Below, one piece after another: positions 47,784-48,415 of a stretch of 48,415 nt of DNA. Position 1 is the stretch's first letter, and each line of letters begins with the position of its first letter. Position numbers and translations under genes: made by a program. Under the pieces are notes generated by a model. The model searched no databases. It saw only the letters and a list, made by a program, of their open reading frames with translations, and was not told where the DNA came from. The DNA comes from an uncultured Nitrososphaerota archaeon (GTDB lineage Archaea; Korarchaeota; Korarchaeia; Korarchaeales; Korarchaeaceae): the NCBI GenBank assembly GCA_964594835.1, contig CAZQNA010000011.1, forward strand, positions 1-48,415, in the 5' to 3' direction.

Positions 47784-47947
47784 GGGCCGCGGAGAAGGGT
47801 AAGGGGAGGCCGGCCCGTGTGTGGTTGGTCACCGCGGAACTCGCTCGCCGGGCCGGCGGAAGGGCGCCCGGGGGGTCGGGGCCTCCTAAGACCTACCTCC
47901 TCAGCCCCCTGTGACTGACCGGCCTGGCGGTGATTGACCCCCTTGCA

Positions 47948-48072
47948 TCACCGGAGAATGCAGGAGCCTGTGGGACCTGAGGGTCCTGTCGAGGCGAGTT
48001 GGCTCAACCCCCTCATCCTGATGCCGAGGTAGGAGAGCAGGTACGTCGTGTCCATCAGGAGCAGGAGCTCAC
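47948..48072 (-). pseudogene. Truncated VapC N-terminus
   Basis: LLLLMDTTYLLSYLGI followed by early divergence and a stop. Confidence 0.55.
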
Positions 48073-48305
48073 CCGACCGCTCCCCTCGAGAGCTCCTCGC
48101 CAACCCCCTCAACCCCCTCTGGGGTGACCTCCGCCCAGTACTCTCCAAGCCTGGGTCTCTTCACCGGCCTCAGCCTGAGCTCCCCGTTCCTGACCTCCAT
48201 GGCGACGAGGTCTCCCTCCTCGATGCCGAGGGCCTCGGCCACCCTCTTGGGGATGTACAGGGCGTACCTCCTCCCGACCCGAGCGGTCACGCTGGTCTGA
48301 CTCAT
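48069..48305 (-). CDS. AbrB-type antitoxin
   Basis: RVGRRYALYIPKRVAEALGIEEGDLV. Confidence 0.85.
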   Translation of the reverse strand: MSQTSVTARVGRRYALYIPKRVAEALGIEEGDLVAMEVRNGELRLRPVKRPRLGEYWAEVTPEGVEGVGEELSRGAVG

Positions 48306-48415
48306 CAGACGTTTCCGAATGATCTGGCGGCCTTAACCTTTGGGTCCGTCGCCCCGCGGCGGGCCCGACCCCCCGGGGTCAAGGATCCAGCTCCAACAGC
48401 AGCCTGGCGGCCTCG

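Overview
High-GC archaeal chromosome segment, probably a TACK-like thermophile (inferred from archaeal-type FEN1, aRF1, uS15, eL40, EF-1beta, KEOPS subunits and AGG-rich codon usage). A housekeeping core at about 5.6-28.4 kb holds cgi121, prefoldin beta, RecJ/DHH, rps15, ITPase, bud32, pcm, truD, pth2, fen, EF-1beta, hisS, aRF1, rpl40e and sucCD. It is flanked by accessory regions rich in VapBC modules and relics, paralogous secreted or membrane proteins, and Fic, AlbA and GNAT genes. Seven tRNAs are present, one with an intron. Main finding: pcm (protein L-isoaspartate methyltransferase) is split inside its conserved TISAPHM motif by a 22-nt insert that folds into a bulge-helix-bulge (BHB) motif. 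Cutting at the canonical bulge positions restores the exact reading frame, so this is a candidate tRNA-endonuclease-spliced mRNA intron outside cbf5. Two other frameshifted genes (truD and a secreted protein) also carry weaker BHB-like, frame-restoring segments, but single-base homopolymer errors would explain them equally well. Other points are an AT-rich island encoding ATPase + nuclease-like protein + PAPS-reductase family protein (possible phosphorothioation-type defence), a candidate polymorphic nuclease toxin/immunity pair, and a tRNA-Gly with C33. All calls were made by eye, with no database searches.
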